Shown: one piece after another, positions 1-10,123 of the stretch
How positions within the stretch are numbered: the first letter of the stretch is position 1
How the letters are laid out: each line of letters begins with the position of its first letter
Source: an uncultured Spirochaetota bacterium
GTDB taxonomy: Bacteria > Spirochaetota > Brevinematia > Brevinematales > JAOACQ01
Reading direction: 5' to 3'
Assembly: GCA_963768055.1 (NCBI GenBank)
Contig: CAVYGN010000001.1
Span: 1,736,867-1,800,866, forward strand
DNA: 64,000 nt
Translations under genes and position numbers: made by a program
The notes under the pieces: model-generated
Told to the model about the DNA's origin: nothing
What the model saw: the letters and a program-made list of their open reading frames with translations, nothing else
Database searches by the model: none

Positions 1-1
1 T

Positions 2-289
2 GCAGAATCCATAGGCTGGCCCAAAGGCAATCTTTTCCAAAAAGAGCTGGGTTTTGCAGAATTAGGTTATATTATTTTAGGAATTCTATGCAATTATTTC
101 AGGGGAAACTTCTGGCTTGCGTCAATTATCGCCTTTTCTTCACTGTTTTTAGGAGCAGCTATCATTCATATTATTGAAATGATCCTGAAAAAGAATTTTA
201 AGCCCAATAATGCGATTGTTGTTATTCCGGATTTATTAATACCGGCCACCCTGATAATTCTATCGATAACAGCTAATTTATGGAAATAA
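2..289 (+). CDS. Membrane protein, DUF6790-like, 5'-truncated by the window edge
   Basis: Not in the ORF track. Frame 2 reads AESIGWPKGNLFQKELGFAELG...FWLA...GAAIIH...NFKPNNA...LWK* (TAA 287-289). It is hydrophobic and has the IGW-x-G-x-x-FQ-x-E-x-G pattern. Confidence 0.65.
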   Translation, partial: AESIGWPKGNLFQKELGFAELGYIILGILCNYFRGNFWLASIIAFSSLFLGAAIIHIIEMILKKNFKPNNAIVVIPDLLIPATLIILSITANLWK

Positions 290-307
290 TATCCATATAG
301 GCCGGCC

Positions 308-2014
308 TCAATCTCCTCCCTGGGACTCGGTCAGGCTGACATTCCGTATATAAATCGTGGGCTTCTCTGTAGCGCAGTCAAACTCGATCTTCGCATTATC
401 GTCGGTTCCCAGGGATTTGAATTCAAAGTTAATAGTCTGCCATTCGGTAGTGGAATCGCAACGCTTGGAGTTAAAATATGGTTTCCAGTCGGGTTTGCTT
501 CTCCCGATCTTGATAAAAAATTTGCGGTCTTCGTCGGACCTGACGTCGAAGGACAGGGTATAAATCCTGCCGTATTTCACCGGAACAGGGTTATAATTTA
601 CCTGTACTCCCCAGGAATTCAAATCCCTGTTATCAACCATAATAGTTAATGTATTGGAAGAAATATTAATACTGCCTTTTCCAGGTGCATCTTGAAATAA
701 CCACCATTTTCCCGGAGTCTCGGCGGCCGCATAGCTGCCGTCGGGAAAGTATCCTGCAGGTATAAGGTTGTTTGAAACGATTCTGAGCGTTTCCGGCTTC
801 GGCGGCTTATTATTTTCAGCCGACCTCGTATTTGAAAATTTATCCTCAATATCCAGGGCTATCTCATGGATTTCCTTGAAAACCCCGTCTTCTTTGCAGG
901 AAGGCGTTTCCGCCAACAGGATTTCACCGGTTTCCAGGTCCAGGAGGCGGATGTCCATTGAAATATACTTGAAAGCGCTGTTGATGACTCCTATGACGGC
1001 CAGTTTCGCGTTCAGTTGTTTCCCGAGTTTTTTCCTCGCCTCGTTACCGGCTTCGGATGTTAAATCCGCCCTATCGATCCGGGCCTCTTGCAGTATGTTG
1101 CTTAACTGTGTGCCGGGTATTACCTCGAAAAGGCCGGCCTTCGATATTTCAGTCCTCAGGGCTTTCGTCAATGCTATAAGGTCCTTTTCATCGGCCCCTG
1201 ATTGAGATTTGAATTTCAGGATAGCTATCTTCATTTTGCCTGTTTGTTTCGGACCTGTTTCTGGCGAGGGATTCGGGTTATAGGTGATATTGACTGTCAG
1301 GCCGTCGCCTATCGATACATTCGTCCTGTATATCACTTTTTCAGTAGCCGGCACGGAAAGGGTTATATCGAGGGGCTCTTCGGCGATCTCGATGTCGCTG
1401 TAGCTGTCGGACTTAGAGATCTTTTTCATAAATTTCCCGTTTATTCCGAGTTTGTAGGCGTTGGTATCCTCGATCTCAACCTCCAGCCTGCCCATCTTTA
1501 TGGTCCTTCCCGTAATAAGGGTCGAAACGTTGCGGATCATCCTGTCGACGGTGTCGAATAGTTCTGGGCCCGCCTCTCCGGTGTACTTCCTCTGCAGTTT
1601 CATCGCGGCTGATACGGTGTCGTAGACATAGACGTTTATAATCACAGTCCCCTTTTTATGGTCCACGGCATAGTCGCCGGAAACGACCTGGCTCACAGCG
1701 AGGGAAAGGCCCATGTCGACGGCGGCGTCCGGGCTGAAACTTTTGGATTCCCAGTATTTATTGTCCGCGGCAGCCTTTCCCACGGCTTCGTAGGAAGTGA
1801 TGTTTATTTCAGGGATTTTGGAAAGGAAGGTAATAAGAGACCTCGTGATCGTTTTATTGACGCTTGCATCGAATTTGCCGCCCAGGTTTATGAAGCCCAG
1901 GACCGCTATCGATCTGGATTCCTGTGCAAAGACGGCTGAGGAAAAGCAGGTTTTAAGTAAAAAGGCGGCAGCAATAAATAGGTACTTCAACGATGCTTTT
2001 TGTAGTATAGACAT
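308..2014 (-). CDS. Secreted multidomain protein: two CsgG/TolB-N-like domains plus a C-terminal CBM4/9-like carbohydrate-binding domain
   Basis: Signal peptide ending AVFA. SIAVLGF and KIAILKF...DIRLLDLETGEI match the CsgG/FlgO-like fold. The C-terminus WGVQV...YTLSFDVRS...TTEWQ...IYIRNVSL is typical of CBM4/9. AGGAGG RBS. Confidence 0.7.
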   Translation of the reverse strand: MSILQKASLKYLFIAAAFLLKTCFSSAVFAQESRSIAVLGFINLGGKFDASVNKTITRSLITFLSKIPEINITSYEAVGKAAADNKYWESKSFSPDAAVDMGLSLAVSQVVSGDYAVDHKKGTVIINVYVYDTVSAAMKLQRKYTGEAGPELFDTVDRMIRNVSTLITGRTIKMGRLEVEIEDTNAYKLGINGKFMKKISKSDSYSDIEIAEEPLDITLSVPATEKVIYRTNVSIGDGLTVNITYNPNPSPETGPKQTGKMKIAILKFKSQSGADEKDLIALTKALRTEISKAGLFEVIPGTQLSNILQEARIDRADLTSEAGNEARKKLGKQLNAKLAVIGVINSAFKYISMDIRLLDLETGEILLAETPSCKEDGVFKEIHEIALDIEDKFSNTRSAENNKPPKPETLRIVSNNLIPAGYFPDGSYAAAETPGKWWLFQDAPGKGSINISSNTLTIMVDNRDLNSWGVQVNYNPVPVKYGRIYTLSFDVRSDEDRKFFIKIGRSKPDWKPYFNSKRCDSTTEWQTINFEFKSLGTDDNAKIEFDCATEKPTIYIRNVSLTESQGGD

Positions 2015-2175
2015 ATATCATGCCTCCTTTCATTACTGTAGTATTATATTGCAGTAGCGATATTTTGACAATAGGGCTGCCGGCGTTTTTTAACACAAAT
2101 AAAACACGGTATCATGTAACTTTTATTTCCCTCCTGCGATATATTTTATGGAACAAATTTATTCGGAGGTATGAA

Positions 2176-2570
2176 ATGTCAAAATTCAGGCAATTGGCTT
2201 TATCCTCTCTCGTGGCGCTTTTCTGTGTAAGCTACGTATTTGCTGCCAGTGATAAGATGATTTCCAGGCGGGAGATTAAAACCACCGCGGTTGTGATCGC
2301 GCGATAATACTTTTCAGATCCGGCGAATTCGTGCGCTCTTTGAACCAGACTATACGCGCAAGGCGGCTTGCTTTTATGGCCATACAGGCCAACAAGGGAA
2401 GAGTTTCCAAGCAGGAGATTAGCGAAGTAAATAAGTCCAAGGTTCCTTCCGACGACGAGATTGACTCCGATTTCCAGAAAAACGCTCCGCAGGAAGATGT
2501 TAAGGACGAAGAGGTCGCAAAAAAGGAACCCGCTAAGGTACAGGCCGATATCGATGTCCAGATTAAATAA
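2176..2570 (+). pseudogene. Secreted helical hypothetical protein broken by a frameshift or deletion near 2300
   Basis: GGAGG RBS, ATG 2176, signal peptide MSKFRQLALSSLVALFCVSYVFA, stop at 2307. A second frame from 2301 (AIILFRSGEFVRSLNQTIRARRLAFMAIQANKG...) runs to TAA 2570 and is followed by a terminator. Confidence 0.55.
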
Positions 2571-2596
2571 TTTAAATAAACGAAATTAGAAAATGC

Positions 2597-2626
2597 AGCC
2601 CCGCTCCATTGAGCGGGGCTTTTTTT
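2597..2626 (+). terminator. Rho-independent terminator
   Basis: AGCCCCGCTC-CATT-GAGCGGGGCT perfect stem followed by a T-run. Confidence 0.85.
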
Positions 2627-2629
2627 ATT

Positions 2630-2798
2630 GAAAAGGATTTCCGGCAACCTGGCGAAATTTCCCTGAGCTTCAAGCCGGTTTCCCGTAAATCCATGATACA
2701 TAATAATGAAAGGATAATTTTTGTCTTCCGGACCAGGGATATGGACCATACCTCTTAATATCCGGGCCATCACTTATAATCTCAGTATACTTCCGCAT
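2630..2798 (-). pseudogene. N-terminal remnant of an alpha/beta hydrolase
   Basis: AAGGA RBS and ATG 2798. Reads MRKYTEIISDG, then a +1 shift in the CCC at 2764-2766, then RILRGMVHIP...IIMYHGFTGNRLE. Homology-like sequence is lost at the convergent terminator, and there is no GxSxG motif. Confidence 0.6.
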
Positions 2799-2896
2799 AA
2801 TTTTCCTTAAAAAATTTTTATTATAAAATAAATTTTACTGGAATTACAAGTTAACAACCTGTAACCACAGATTATTGTCTGACTCCGTACCGTTTT

Positions 2897-3649
2897 TCAA
2901 GATTTTTTTACTATACGCTTCTTTTTGAATTCTTCCCAGAGGGCATGGAATGCGGCCGATCCCCTCGATTTGAGGGAGCGGACGGCAACCGGTTTCCTGA
3001 TTATACCCATTTTTTCTATTTCGGAAAGATACGGTATGTAATTTTCACAGATCCCCGGTAAGGTTTTTGATAATTCTTCCATACTTTCATGGTGTATTTT
3101 CTTACGTTTTTCCACCATTGAAAAGAACGGTACGATGACAGATTCGTTAAGTCCGTTTTCCCTGTAAAATTCAACGATCTGGAGATAAGTACGCTTTGAA
3201 AGAGGTGTAGGGATTATTGGCACAAGCAGTATGTCGGCTGCATAGAAAACATTCTCCGAAAGCAGGGAAATACTTGGAGGGCAGTCCAAAAAGACAATAT
3301 CAAAGCCCTTCAGAGTTTTCATTATTTCGGCCAGTTTTCTCCTGGATTTTTTTACATCGTCGAGAAGAATATCCAGATTCCTCAGGGAAAAATCCGAAGG
3401 CAGTATGCATAGGTTTTCATAGTCGGTCTTTTTGACATAATCGGATATTTCCTCTTTCCCGGATATGACCTTCTTGAGGCTTACCTCCATCCCCTGTTTT
3501 TTATGCAGGTAAAAAGTGGAGGATCCCTGAGGGTCTATATCCCATAACAGGGTTTTATATCCGTCTTTAGCCGACAGGTATGCCAGATTAACTGTCGAAG
3601 AGGTTTTCCCGACCCCGCCCTTGATATTGTAAACCCCAACCGATATCAT
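2897..3649 (-). CDS. ParA/Soj-family ATPase (orphan)
   Basis: Deviant Walker A KGGVGKT, DIDPQG and FLDCPP motifs. No adjacent parB. Confidence 0.9.
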   Translation of the reverse strand: MISVGVYNIKGGVGKTSSTVNLAYLSAKDGYKTLLWDIDPQGSSTFYLHKKQGMEVSLKKVISGKEEISDYVKKTDYENLCILPSDFSLRNLDILLDDVKKSRRKLAEIMKTLKGFDIVFLDCPPSISLLSENVFYAADILLVPIIPTPLSKRTYLQIVEFYRENGLNESVIVPFFSMVEKRKKIHHESMEELSKTLPGICENYIPYLSEIEKMGIIRKPVAVRSLKSRGSAAFHALWEEFKKKRIVKKS

Positions 3650-3665
3650 AAGCTCTCCCTGGTTT

Positions 3666-3974
3666 TTATTTGGAAACGATGCCGAAATTTTTCCAGGATT
3701 TCCTGGGAAAATTCTTCTGCACGAATTTTTTAGCCTCTTTTAATAATTTTCCTATATTTTCAAGATGACCGCTTAACTCGTTCTTTTTTTTATCTATTTT
3801 AACTTTAAGGGCTTCAATATCGGAATTAATGCCGTTCGATAAATTAAGCGCTGTTTCCACTTCTGTAATGAGTTTTTTATTGAACGCCTGATTGCCGGGA
3901 TTTTCATTATATGATTTTACTCCCTCCAGGAAAATCCTGGCCGATTCCATTTTTCCAGCTGATTTTTTCTGCAT
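3666..3974 (-). CDS. Hypothetical coiled-coil protein upstream of parA
   Basis: GGAGG RBS before ATG 3974 (MQKKS). It ends 16 nt before the parA start. Confidence 0.65.
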   Translation of the reverse strand: MQKKSAGKMESARIFLEGVKSYNENPGNQAFNKKLITEVETALNLSNGINSDIEALKVKIDKKKNELSGHLENIGKLLKEAKKFVQKNFPRKSWKNFGIVSK

Positions 3975-4329
3975 GAGAGATCCTCCGCAATTTAATATAT
4001 TATGACTCATTTTATAATTATGGCAATCCATTTGTGAAGATTTAATGAATTAATAATTAATTTTATATTAATTTAATAATGTCAGGAACTGGCCGGCAAG
4101 TTAATTAAAGACAATATGCAATTATAAATGAAGTTAATTTTTTTACGCGCATTATGATGTGCCGTTTTGAACTGATACGGCTCATACCCTTCGGGCACAA
4201 GCGCTCTCGAGCCCTGCTCGATAAAAATTGATTTCATCCAGAAGAATGTTGTTTGATCGCCCCCCTTGACTTTAGTCCATAAACATACATATATTCTATT
4301 GTAAAATGACATTTTGGGGAGGATATCAT

Positions 4330-4800
4330 ATGAAAACTCAAAAGCTGATTTTACGATTGTTTATAATAGGGGCGCTGTTTTCTCTTTTACCGGTCACAAC
4401 TGTAGCATCCGGAGGAGGTGCAAACCAGGGTATTACATTTGCCGAAACTTCCAAATCGCTCTACGATAAAGGTGTCAAAGCCGACAAGGCCGGCGATGAA
4501 AAAAGCGCATTACAATATTTTCAAAAGGCATTGGAGCTGGATAAAAACAACCCTGAAATACTCAATATGCTTGCACACAGCCAGCGGAAACTTGGATTGA
4601 TAGATGAAGCTCTTGAAAATTACTGGAAAGCGCTGAAAATCAAGCCGGATTTTCCCGAGGCAAGGGAGTATTTAGGCGAGGCTTATATACAGGCAGCTCT
4701 CAAGGAAATAGAAATATTAAAGGGTTATGGAAAATCCGGAGATGAACAGAGGGACGACCTTATAAAAGCCCTGCAGGATGCGGCGGCAAACGTTAAATAA
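4330..4800 (+). CDS. Secreted tetratricopeptide-repeat protein
   Basis: Signal peptide, TPR consensus (ALQYFQKALELDKNNPE; ALENYWKALKIKPDFPEA) and a GGAGG RBS before ATG 4330. Confidence 0.85.
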   Translation: MKTQKLILRLFIIGALFSLLPVTTVASGGGANQGITFAETSKSLYDKGVKADKAGDEKSALQYFQKALELDKNNPEILNMLAHSQRKLGLIDEALENYWKALKIKPDFPEAREYLGEAYIQAALKEIEILKGYGKSGDEQRDDLIKALQDAAANVK

Positions 4801-4823
4801 GGGAATTGAAAAGGAGGGTTTAT

Positions 4824-5312
4824 ATGGACCGGCTTAAACCAAAGAGCCCGGCTGAAAGCGCCGTGGAGTCGAGATATGTCCTTATGCCGCAAAACGCAAA
4901 TCATCTGGGAACGGCTTTCGGGGGGACTATTATGTCATGGATAGATATGATCGCAGGAATGGCGGCAACGCGGCACTCGGGAACCCTGACCGTTACTGCC
5001 GGGATCGATTCCATAACCTTCCTCACCCCGATTTATATAGGCGAACAGGTGGTAATAAAATCCAGGGTTAATTATGTCGGTAACACTTCTCTCGAGGTCG
5101 GGGTGCAGGTTACCAAGGAAAACCCGGGGACCGGAGAGGTTTCCAAAACGACAAGCGCCTATCTGACCTTTGTCGCACTTGATGACAATAAAAAACCGGT
5201 AAAAGTACCTGAATTGGTCCTTCTGACCGATGAGGACAGGCGACGATATGAAAATGCGAAATTAAGGGTGCAGGCCCGCAAGGAACTGCTCATGAAAATG
5301 GAAAAAAGATAA
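4824..5312 (+). CDS. Acyl-CoA thioesterase (hotdog fold, YciA-like)
   Basis: NHLGTAFGG-x-IMSWID, VGNTSLEVGV and AYLTFVALD motifs. AGGAGG RBS before ATG 4824. Confidence 0.9.
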   Translation: MDRLKPKSPAESAVESRYVLMPQNANHLGTAFGGTIMSWIDMIAGMAATRHSGTLTVTAGIDSITFLTPIYIGEQVVIKSRVNYVGNTSLEVGVQVTKENPGTGEVSKTTSAYLTFVALDDNKKPVKVPELVLLTDEDRRRYENAKLRVQARKELLMKMEKR

Positions 5313-5328
5313 GATTTTAGAGGAATTT

Positions 5329-6159
5329 ATGATCAATGACAAATATACTATTGTCAATGGAATAAAAACATTTTATATTGAAGAAGAGTCCCGGGTCAAC
5401 GGTGTATTGCCGGATATCCTGTTTATTCATGGATTTTTATCTCGAGGGCAGAGTTTCGATAAACTCATGAACGGCCTTTCCGGAAAATACCATAGCTATG
5501 CGCCCGATCTCCCCGGATGCGGGGCTTCGGAGGACCCTAAAAAATTCAAGCCCGGTTTTGAGAGTTACGGCTCTTTCCTCAATGATTTTTGCAGGGAACT
5601 CGGAATTAAACGTACCGTCCTGGCCGGAGATTCTATGGGCGGTGCCATTTCAATCATGATGGCGGTAATGTACCCGGAACTTGTCGAGAAAGTGATTCTT
5701 ATAGATTCGGTTTCTTATAATATGAAACCGAATGTTTCGACGAAGATCGCGTTAATTCCTCTCCTGGGATCATTCATTTTTAGAAAACTCTTTAACTGGA
5801 ATATGTTTAAATCTTTATTCATGAAGGACATTTATGTTGAAAATTCGAAGATCGATCAGGCCGAACTGTATGAAAATTATAAACTCTTCGACAATCCTTC
5901 AAGAAGGGAATTTACTTATCGCATTATGAGATCGGTAACCTATTCCGCTGAAGTCGAAGCGGTCATTACTAAGGTAAAACAACCGGTACTTGTCATCTGG
6001 GGGGAATCGGATAGAATGCTCCCGCTCGATAATGCAAAAAGACTTTCAAAGGACATCAAAAACGCAAAGCTGGTTATCATCCCGGGAGCCGGCCATGCCT
6101 CTTTTGACGAGAACCCTGAAATGGCTATAGAAGCCATCCTGGAATTTTTACAGAAATGA
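5329..6159 (+). CDS. Alpha/beta-fold hydrolase
   Basis: FIHGF, PDLPGCG, nucleophile GDSMGG, WGESD and GAGH motifs. Confidence 0.9.
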   Translation: MINDKYTIVNGIKTFYIEEESRVNGVLPDILFIHGFLSRGQSFDKLMNGLSGKYHSYAPDLPGCGASEDPKKFKPGFESYGSFLNDFCRELGIKRTVLAGDSMGGAISIMMAVMYPELVEKVILIDSVSYNMKPNVSTKIALIPLLGSFIFRKLFNWNMFKSLFMKDIYVENSKIDQAELYENYKLFDNPSRREFTYRIMRSVTYSAEVEAVITKVKQPVLVIWGESDRMLPLDNAKRLSKDIKNAKLVIIPGAGHASFDENPEMAIEAILEFLQK

Positions 6160-6181
6160 AAATTTAATAAAGGAACATCAT

Positions 6182-6276
6182 CGCAAAGACGCCGGGAGCT
6201 TGTCCCTGAACCCTGTGAAGGGGCGCAAAGAATGGAAAAGCTTTGCGCCCTTCGTTCCCCTTTGCGGCCTTTGCGG
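6182..6276. repeat. REP-like palindromic element
   Basis: CGCAAAG occurs twice and CTTTGCG three times. Hairpin GAAGGGGCGCAAAG(6217-6230)...CTTTGCGCCCTTC(6241-6253). Confidence 0.5.
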
Positions 6277-6391
6277 TAAAACCCCTATGAAGAAACTATA
6301 AGAACACAAAGACAGAGGAAAACACTTTATTTTAATTAAAAACTATTGCTTATTATAAAACTTTGGGTAAAATTATATGAGGAGGCCTGCC

Positions 6392-7138
6392 ATGGAAATT
6401 CTCAAGGGTTGGGAGCCGTTTTCATACGATAACGGCTCGAATATCGGAATTCTTCTTTCCCAGGGTTTTACAGGCAGTACTTCGAGCGTTATTTACCTCG
6501 GCCGCAAGTTGTCGGATGAGGGTTTTAATGTAGAGGGCCCGAGGCTTTCAGGTCATGGCACAAGATGGGAGGACATCATAGGGGTGAGCTATAAGGACTG
6601 GTTATCCGACGTTGAAAATTCGTACGGAAAATTGAAGAAAAATTCTAAAATAATTTTCACAGCCGGCCTTTCCATGGGCGGAACGCTGGCTCTCAGGCTC
6701 GCCGAACTTCATCCTGAGATCAGGGGCGTTATAACGATCAATCACGCCCTTTTAGCAGCTGCTAACCTCGAGCCGATTGTCCCTGTCCTGAAATTATTCA
6801 TAAAATCGACAAAATCAATTGTAAGCGATATCAAGGATAAATCCATAACCGAGACCGGTTATGACCGGACGCCCGTAGCCGGCGTTCATGAACTGATCAA
6901 GCTGCAGAAAATTACAAGGGCCGGCATCGGAAAGATAAAAGCGCCGGTACTAATGTTCAAATCAAGGATTGATCATGTGCTCGATGTCAGGAACACTGTT
7001 TGGGCCTACGCGAAAATCACTTCACCTGAAAAGGAACTGATCTGGCTGGAAAATTCTTACCATGTCGCCACAATGGACTTAGACAAGGATATCATAGCTG
7101 AAAAAACAATTAAATTCATAAAAAGCCATAGTTCATAG
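6392..7138 (+). CDS. Carboxylesterase, monoacylglycerol-lipase-like
   Basis: [21 protein letters not shown] and NSYHVATMD match the Bacillus MGL/Est30 family. GAGGAGG RBS before ATG 6392. Confidence 0.8.
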   Translation: MEILKGWEPFSYDNGSNIGILLSQGFTGSTSSVIYLGRKLSDEGFNVEGPRLSGHGTRWEDIIGVSYKDWLSDVENSYGKLKKNSKIIFTAGLSMGGTLALRLAELHPEIRGVITINHALLAAANLEPIVPVLKLFIKSTKSIVSDIKDKSITETGYDRTPVAGVHELIKLQKITRAGIGKIKAPVLMFKSRIDHVLDVRNTVWAYAKITSPEKELIWLENSYHVATMDLDKDIIAEKTIKFIKSHSS

Positions 7139-7148
7139 AGGGGCTTCA

Positions 7149-8654
7149 ATGGATAAAAGATATGTCGGGGCCATCGATCAGGGTACTACCAGCACCCGCT
7201 TCATCCTTTACGACAGGGACGGGCTTGAAAAAGCCTCCTCACGCAGGGAGCACTCCCAGATCTATCCGAAGCCCGGATGGGTCGAACATGACGCGCTTGA
7301 AATATGGGACAGGACCTGCGGCGTAATCCGCGATACACTTGATAAAAGCGGCATAAGCCCGGGTGAAATAGCGGCAATTGGAATTACCAATCAGAGGGAA
7401 ACAACCGTTGTTTGGAACAAAGAAACCGGAAGACCATATTATAACGCGATAGTCTGGCAGGACACCAGGACCTCCGGCCTCCTCGCCGAGCTTGGCGGCA
7501 GCGTTGGCATCGACCGCTTCCGCGATATAACAGGACTGCCGCTCGCAACATATTTTTCAGGGCCGAAAATCAAGTGGCTTCTTGATAATATTTCAGGGTT
7601 AAAAGAAGCCTCGGAAAAGGGTTTGGCCCTGTTCGGCAACATAGACGCATGGTTATGCTGGAACCTTACCGGGCGGCATTTTACCGACTTTACTAACGCC
7701 AGCAGAACGCTTCTGTTTAATATTCATAAATTATCCTGGGATGACCGAATGCTGGATATTATGGGTATAGATAAATCCATGCTCCCGATGGTCAGGCCTT
7801 CGAGTTCTTCGGACGATTGCCCAATGACTAAACGGGACGGACCCTTCGGAGAAGAAATACCCCTGTCCGGCAATTTAGGGGATCAGCAGGCAGCTCTTTT
7901 CGGCCAGGCATGTTTTGACGCCGGTGATGCGAAAAATACATATGGAACGGGGTGCTTTCTCCTTATGAACACCGGTGATAAGCCCGTGATCTCAAAAAAC
8001 GGCCTGCTAACTACCGTCGGCTACTCGCTGGGTAATGGAAATACGGCTTACGCCCTTGAAGGTTCGATAGCTGTTGCGGGTTCACTGGTGCAGTGGGCCA
8101 GGGATAAGCTTTGCATAATAAAATCCGCGCCTGAGATCGACGAACTGGCTTCAAGCGTGCCTGACAACGGCGGTGTTTATTATGTCCCCGCTTTTTCCGG
8201 ACTTTTCGCTCCCCACTGGAGAAGCGATGCCAGGGGTGTTATAGCAGGATTGACGCATTATGCGGGAAAAGCTCAGATTGCAAGGGCTATATTGGAGGCG
8301 ACGGCATATCAGACCAGGGATGTGTTCGATGCTATGATGTCGGATTCGGGCTTGACCCTGAAAGAGCTTAAGGTTGACGGAGGGATGACGGTAAGCGATA
8401 TTCTTATGCAGTTCCAGGCCGATATTTTAAACGTTAAAGTATTGAGGCCTACGGTCACAGAATCGACGGCGCGGGGAGCCGCTTATGCCGCCGGCCTGGC
8501 TGTTGGTTTCTGGGACGGATTGGACGACCTGAGGAAAAACTGGAAATTAGACAGGGAATGGAAATCTGAAATGGATGAAGATACCCGCCAGAGGCTTTAC
8601 AGGTTCTGGAAGAAGGCCCTTGAAAAATCTTTCGGATGGACGGAACAGCAATGA
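7149..8654 (+). CDS. glpK: Glycerol kinase
   Basis: [42 protein letters not shown] and VDGG motifs. Confidence 0.97.
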   Translation: MDKRYVGAIDQGTTSTRFILYDRDGLEKASSRREHSQIYPKPGWVEHDALEIWDRTCGVIRDTLDKSGISPGEIAAIGITNQRETTVVWNKETGRPYYNAIVWQDTRTSGLLAELGGSVGIDRFRDITGLPLATYFSGPKIKWLLDNISGLKEASEKGLALFGNIDAWLCWNLTGRHFTDFTNASRTLLFNIHKLSWDDRMLDIMGIDKSMLPMVRPSSSSDDCPMTKRDGPFGEEIPLSGNLGDQQAALFGQACFDAGDAKNTYGTGCFLLMNTGDKPVISKNGLLTTVGYSLGNGNTAYALEGSIAVAGSLVQWARDKLCIIKSAPEIDELASSVPDNGGVYYVPAFSGLFAPHWRSDARGVIAGLTHYAGKAQIARAILEATAYQTRDVFDAMMSDSGLTLKELKVDGGMTVSDILMQFQADILNVKVLRPTVTESTARGAAYAAGLAVGFWDGLDDLRKNWKLDREWKSEMDEDTRQRLYRFWKKALEKSFGWTEQQ

Positions 8655-10123
8655 AGAAACCGGAGCAAAATACATTTGATTTTATCATAGCAGGAGCTGG
8701 AATTATCGGGACCCTTATCGCTCGGGAACTGTCCAGGACAAAAAACAGGGTCCTGTTGATCGATAGGGAATCCGATATAGGCATGGGGGCCAGTTCGGCT
8801 AACAGCGCTATTATCCATGCCGGTTACGACCCGAGGCCAGGCACCCTTAAAGCCGATATGAATGTCAAAGGGAACAGGCTCTGGGAGGAAACGGCTTCTT
8901 TACTCGATATACCCTTTAAAAGAACGGGAAGTTATGTTGTGGCTATCGGCGGCGTGGAATTCCAGAATCTTGAGACTCTGTACCGGAGGGGGATTGCAAA
9001 CAGCGTACCAGGGCTCCGGGTTCTTTCCCGGGATGAGTTTTTGACAAGAGAGCCTCTGATAAACCCCTTAGCGAGCGGAGCGCTTTATGCCCCAACCGCC
9101 AGTGTGATCGATCCGTTTATGTCGGTTATAGCCGCGGCAGAAAACGCCGCGATGAATTCCGTTACGGTTCTTACCTGCACCGAATTGAAAGGCCTGATAA
9201 TCCAGAAAAAAAGTATAATAGGGATAATCACAAACAGGGGCGATTTTTTTACAAGGTGGCTGATAAATGCGTCCGGAATAAATTCCGATATCATAATGCA
9301 CATGGCCGGCATCAGGCCTGAGTTCAATATCAGGCCCCGGCGGGGGGAATACCTGATATTCGATTCGGCAAGGATAAGCCTTAACAATGTTTTATTCCCC
9401 ATCCCATCGGATAAAGGAAAGGGAACCCTGGTTTCAACCACTGTGCATGGGAATGTCATGATAGGCCCGAACTCAAAGGAAGTGGAAGGCGCTCATGAAA
9501 CTGAAACTACCGGAGAGGGTTTGAGCGATGTTCTGAAGAGCGCGGCTAAACTTGTGCCCTCGCTCTCAGCCTCAGATGTTATCGCAGAGTTCGCCGGCCT
9601 CAGGGCTTCGGGGAAGAACTATAATGATTTCATCATCGAGGTCCCTGAAGGGATCGATGGAATGCTGAACCTGGCGGGGATCGATTCGCCGGGGTTCGCG
9701 AGCGCTCCCGCTATAGCGGCCAGGGTAATGGATCTTTTGCGCGATTCAGGGGAGAAGTTCGAATTCAAGAAAAATTTTAACCCGAAAAGAACTGCCCCTC
9801 CATGTTTTCACAGACTGTCACACAAGGAAAAAGCGGAACTAGTCAGGAAAAATCCCGCCTACGGCAGGATCGTTTGCCGCTGTGAGGAAGTAACCGAAGG
9901 CGAAGTGATAGATGCAATCAGGTCTCCTGTCGGCGCGAGGACTTATGACGGTATCAAGAGAAGGACATGGCTTGGAACAGGACGGTGCCAGGGAAGCTTC
10001 GATTATCCGAGGGTTATCGGCATTATGAGCCGTGAACTTGGAATATCAGTTTCTAAAATAACAAAAAAAGGCGACGGTTCTGAATTTGTTTTCAGGCATA
10101 CAAAAGATAAAGAGGCCGGATGA
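8651..10123 (+). CDS. FAD-dependent glycerol-3-phosphate dehydrogenase subunit (L2HGDH-like, with C-terminal BFD-like [2Fe-2S] domain)
   Basis: [26 protein letters not shown] and GRCQG motifs. ATGA overlap with glpK. Confidence 0.85.
   Translation: MKKPEQNTFDFIIAGAGIIGTLIARELSRTKNRVLLIDRESDIGMGASSANSAIIHAGYDPRPGTLKADMNVKGNRLWEETASLLDIPFKRTGSYVVAIGGVEFQNLETLYRRGIANSVPGLRVLSRDEFLTREPLINPLASGALYAPTASVIDPFMSVIAAAENAAMNSVTVLTCTELKGLIIQKKSIIGIITNRGDFFTRWLINASGINSDIIMHMAGIRPEFNIRPRRGEYLIFDSARISLNNVLFPIPSDKGKGTLVSTTVHGNVMIGPNSKEVEGAHETETTGEGLSDVLKSAAKLVPSLSASDVIAEFAGLRASGKNYNDFIIEVPEGIDGMLNLAGIDSPGFASAPAIAARVMDLLRDSGEKFEFKKNFNPKRTAPPCFHRLSHKEKAELVRKNPAYGRIVCRCEEVTEGEVIDAIRSPVGARTYDGIKRRTWLGTGRCQGSFDYPRVIGIMSRELGISVSKITKKGDGSEFVFRHTKDKEAG

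Noticed and set aside
2276..2630. C-terminal part of ORF-track call 2276..2773
   Set aside because: It is antisense read-through across a terminator and the opposite-strand gene, not hydrolase-like sequence.
2897..3649. Plasmid or chromosome partition locus
   Set aside because: No adjacent parB or parS-like palindrome. The ParB-like gene at 16.3 kb lacks an HTH and sits in another operon.
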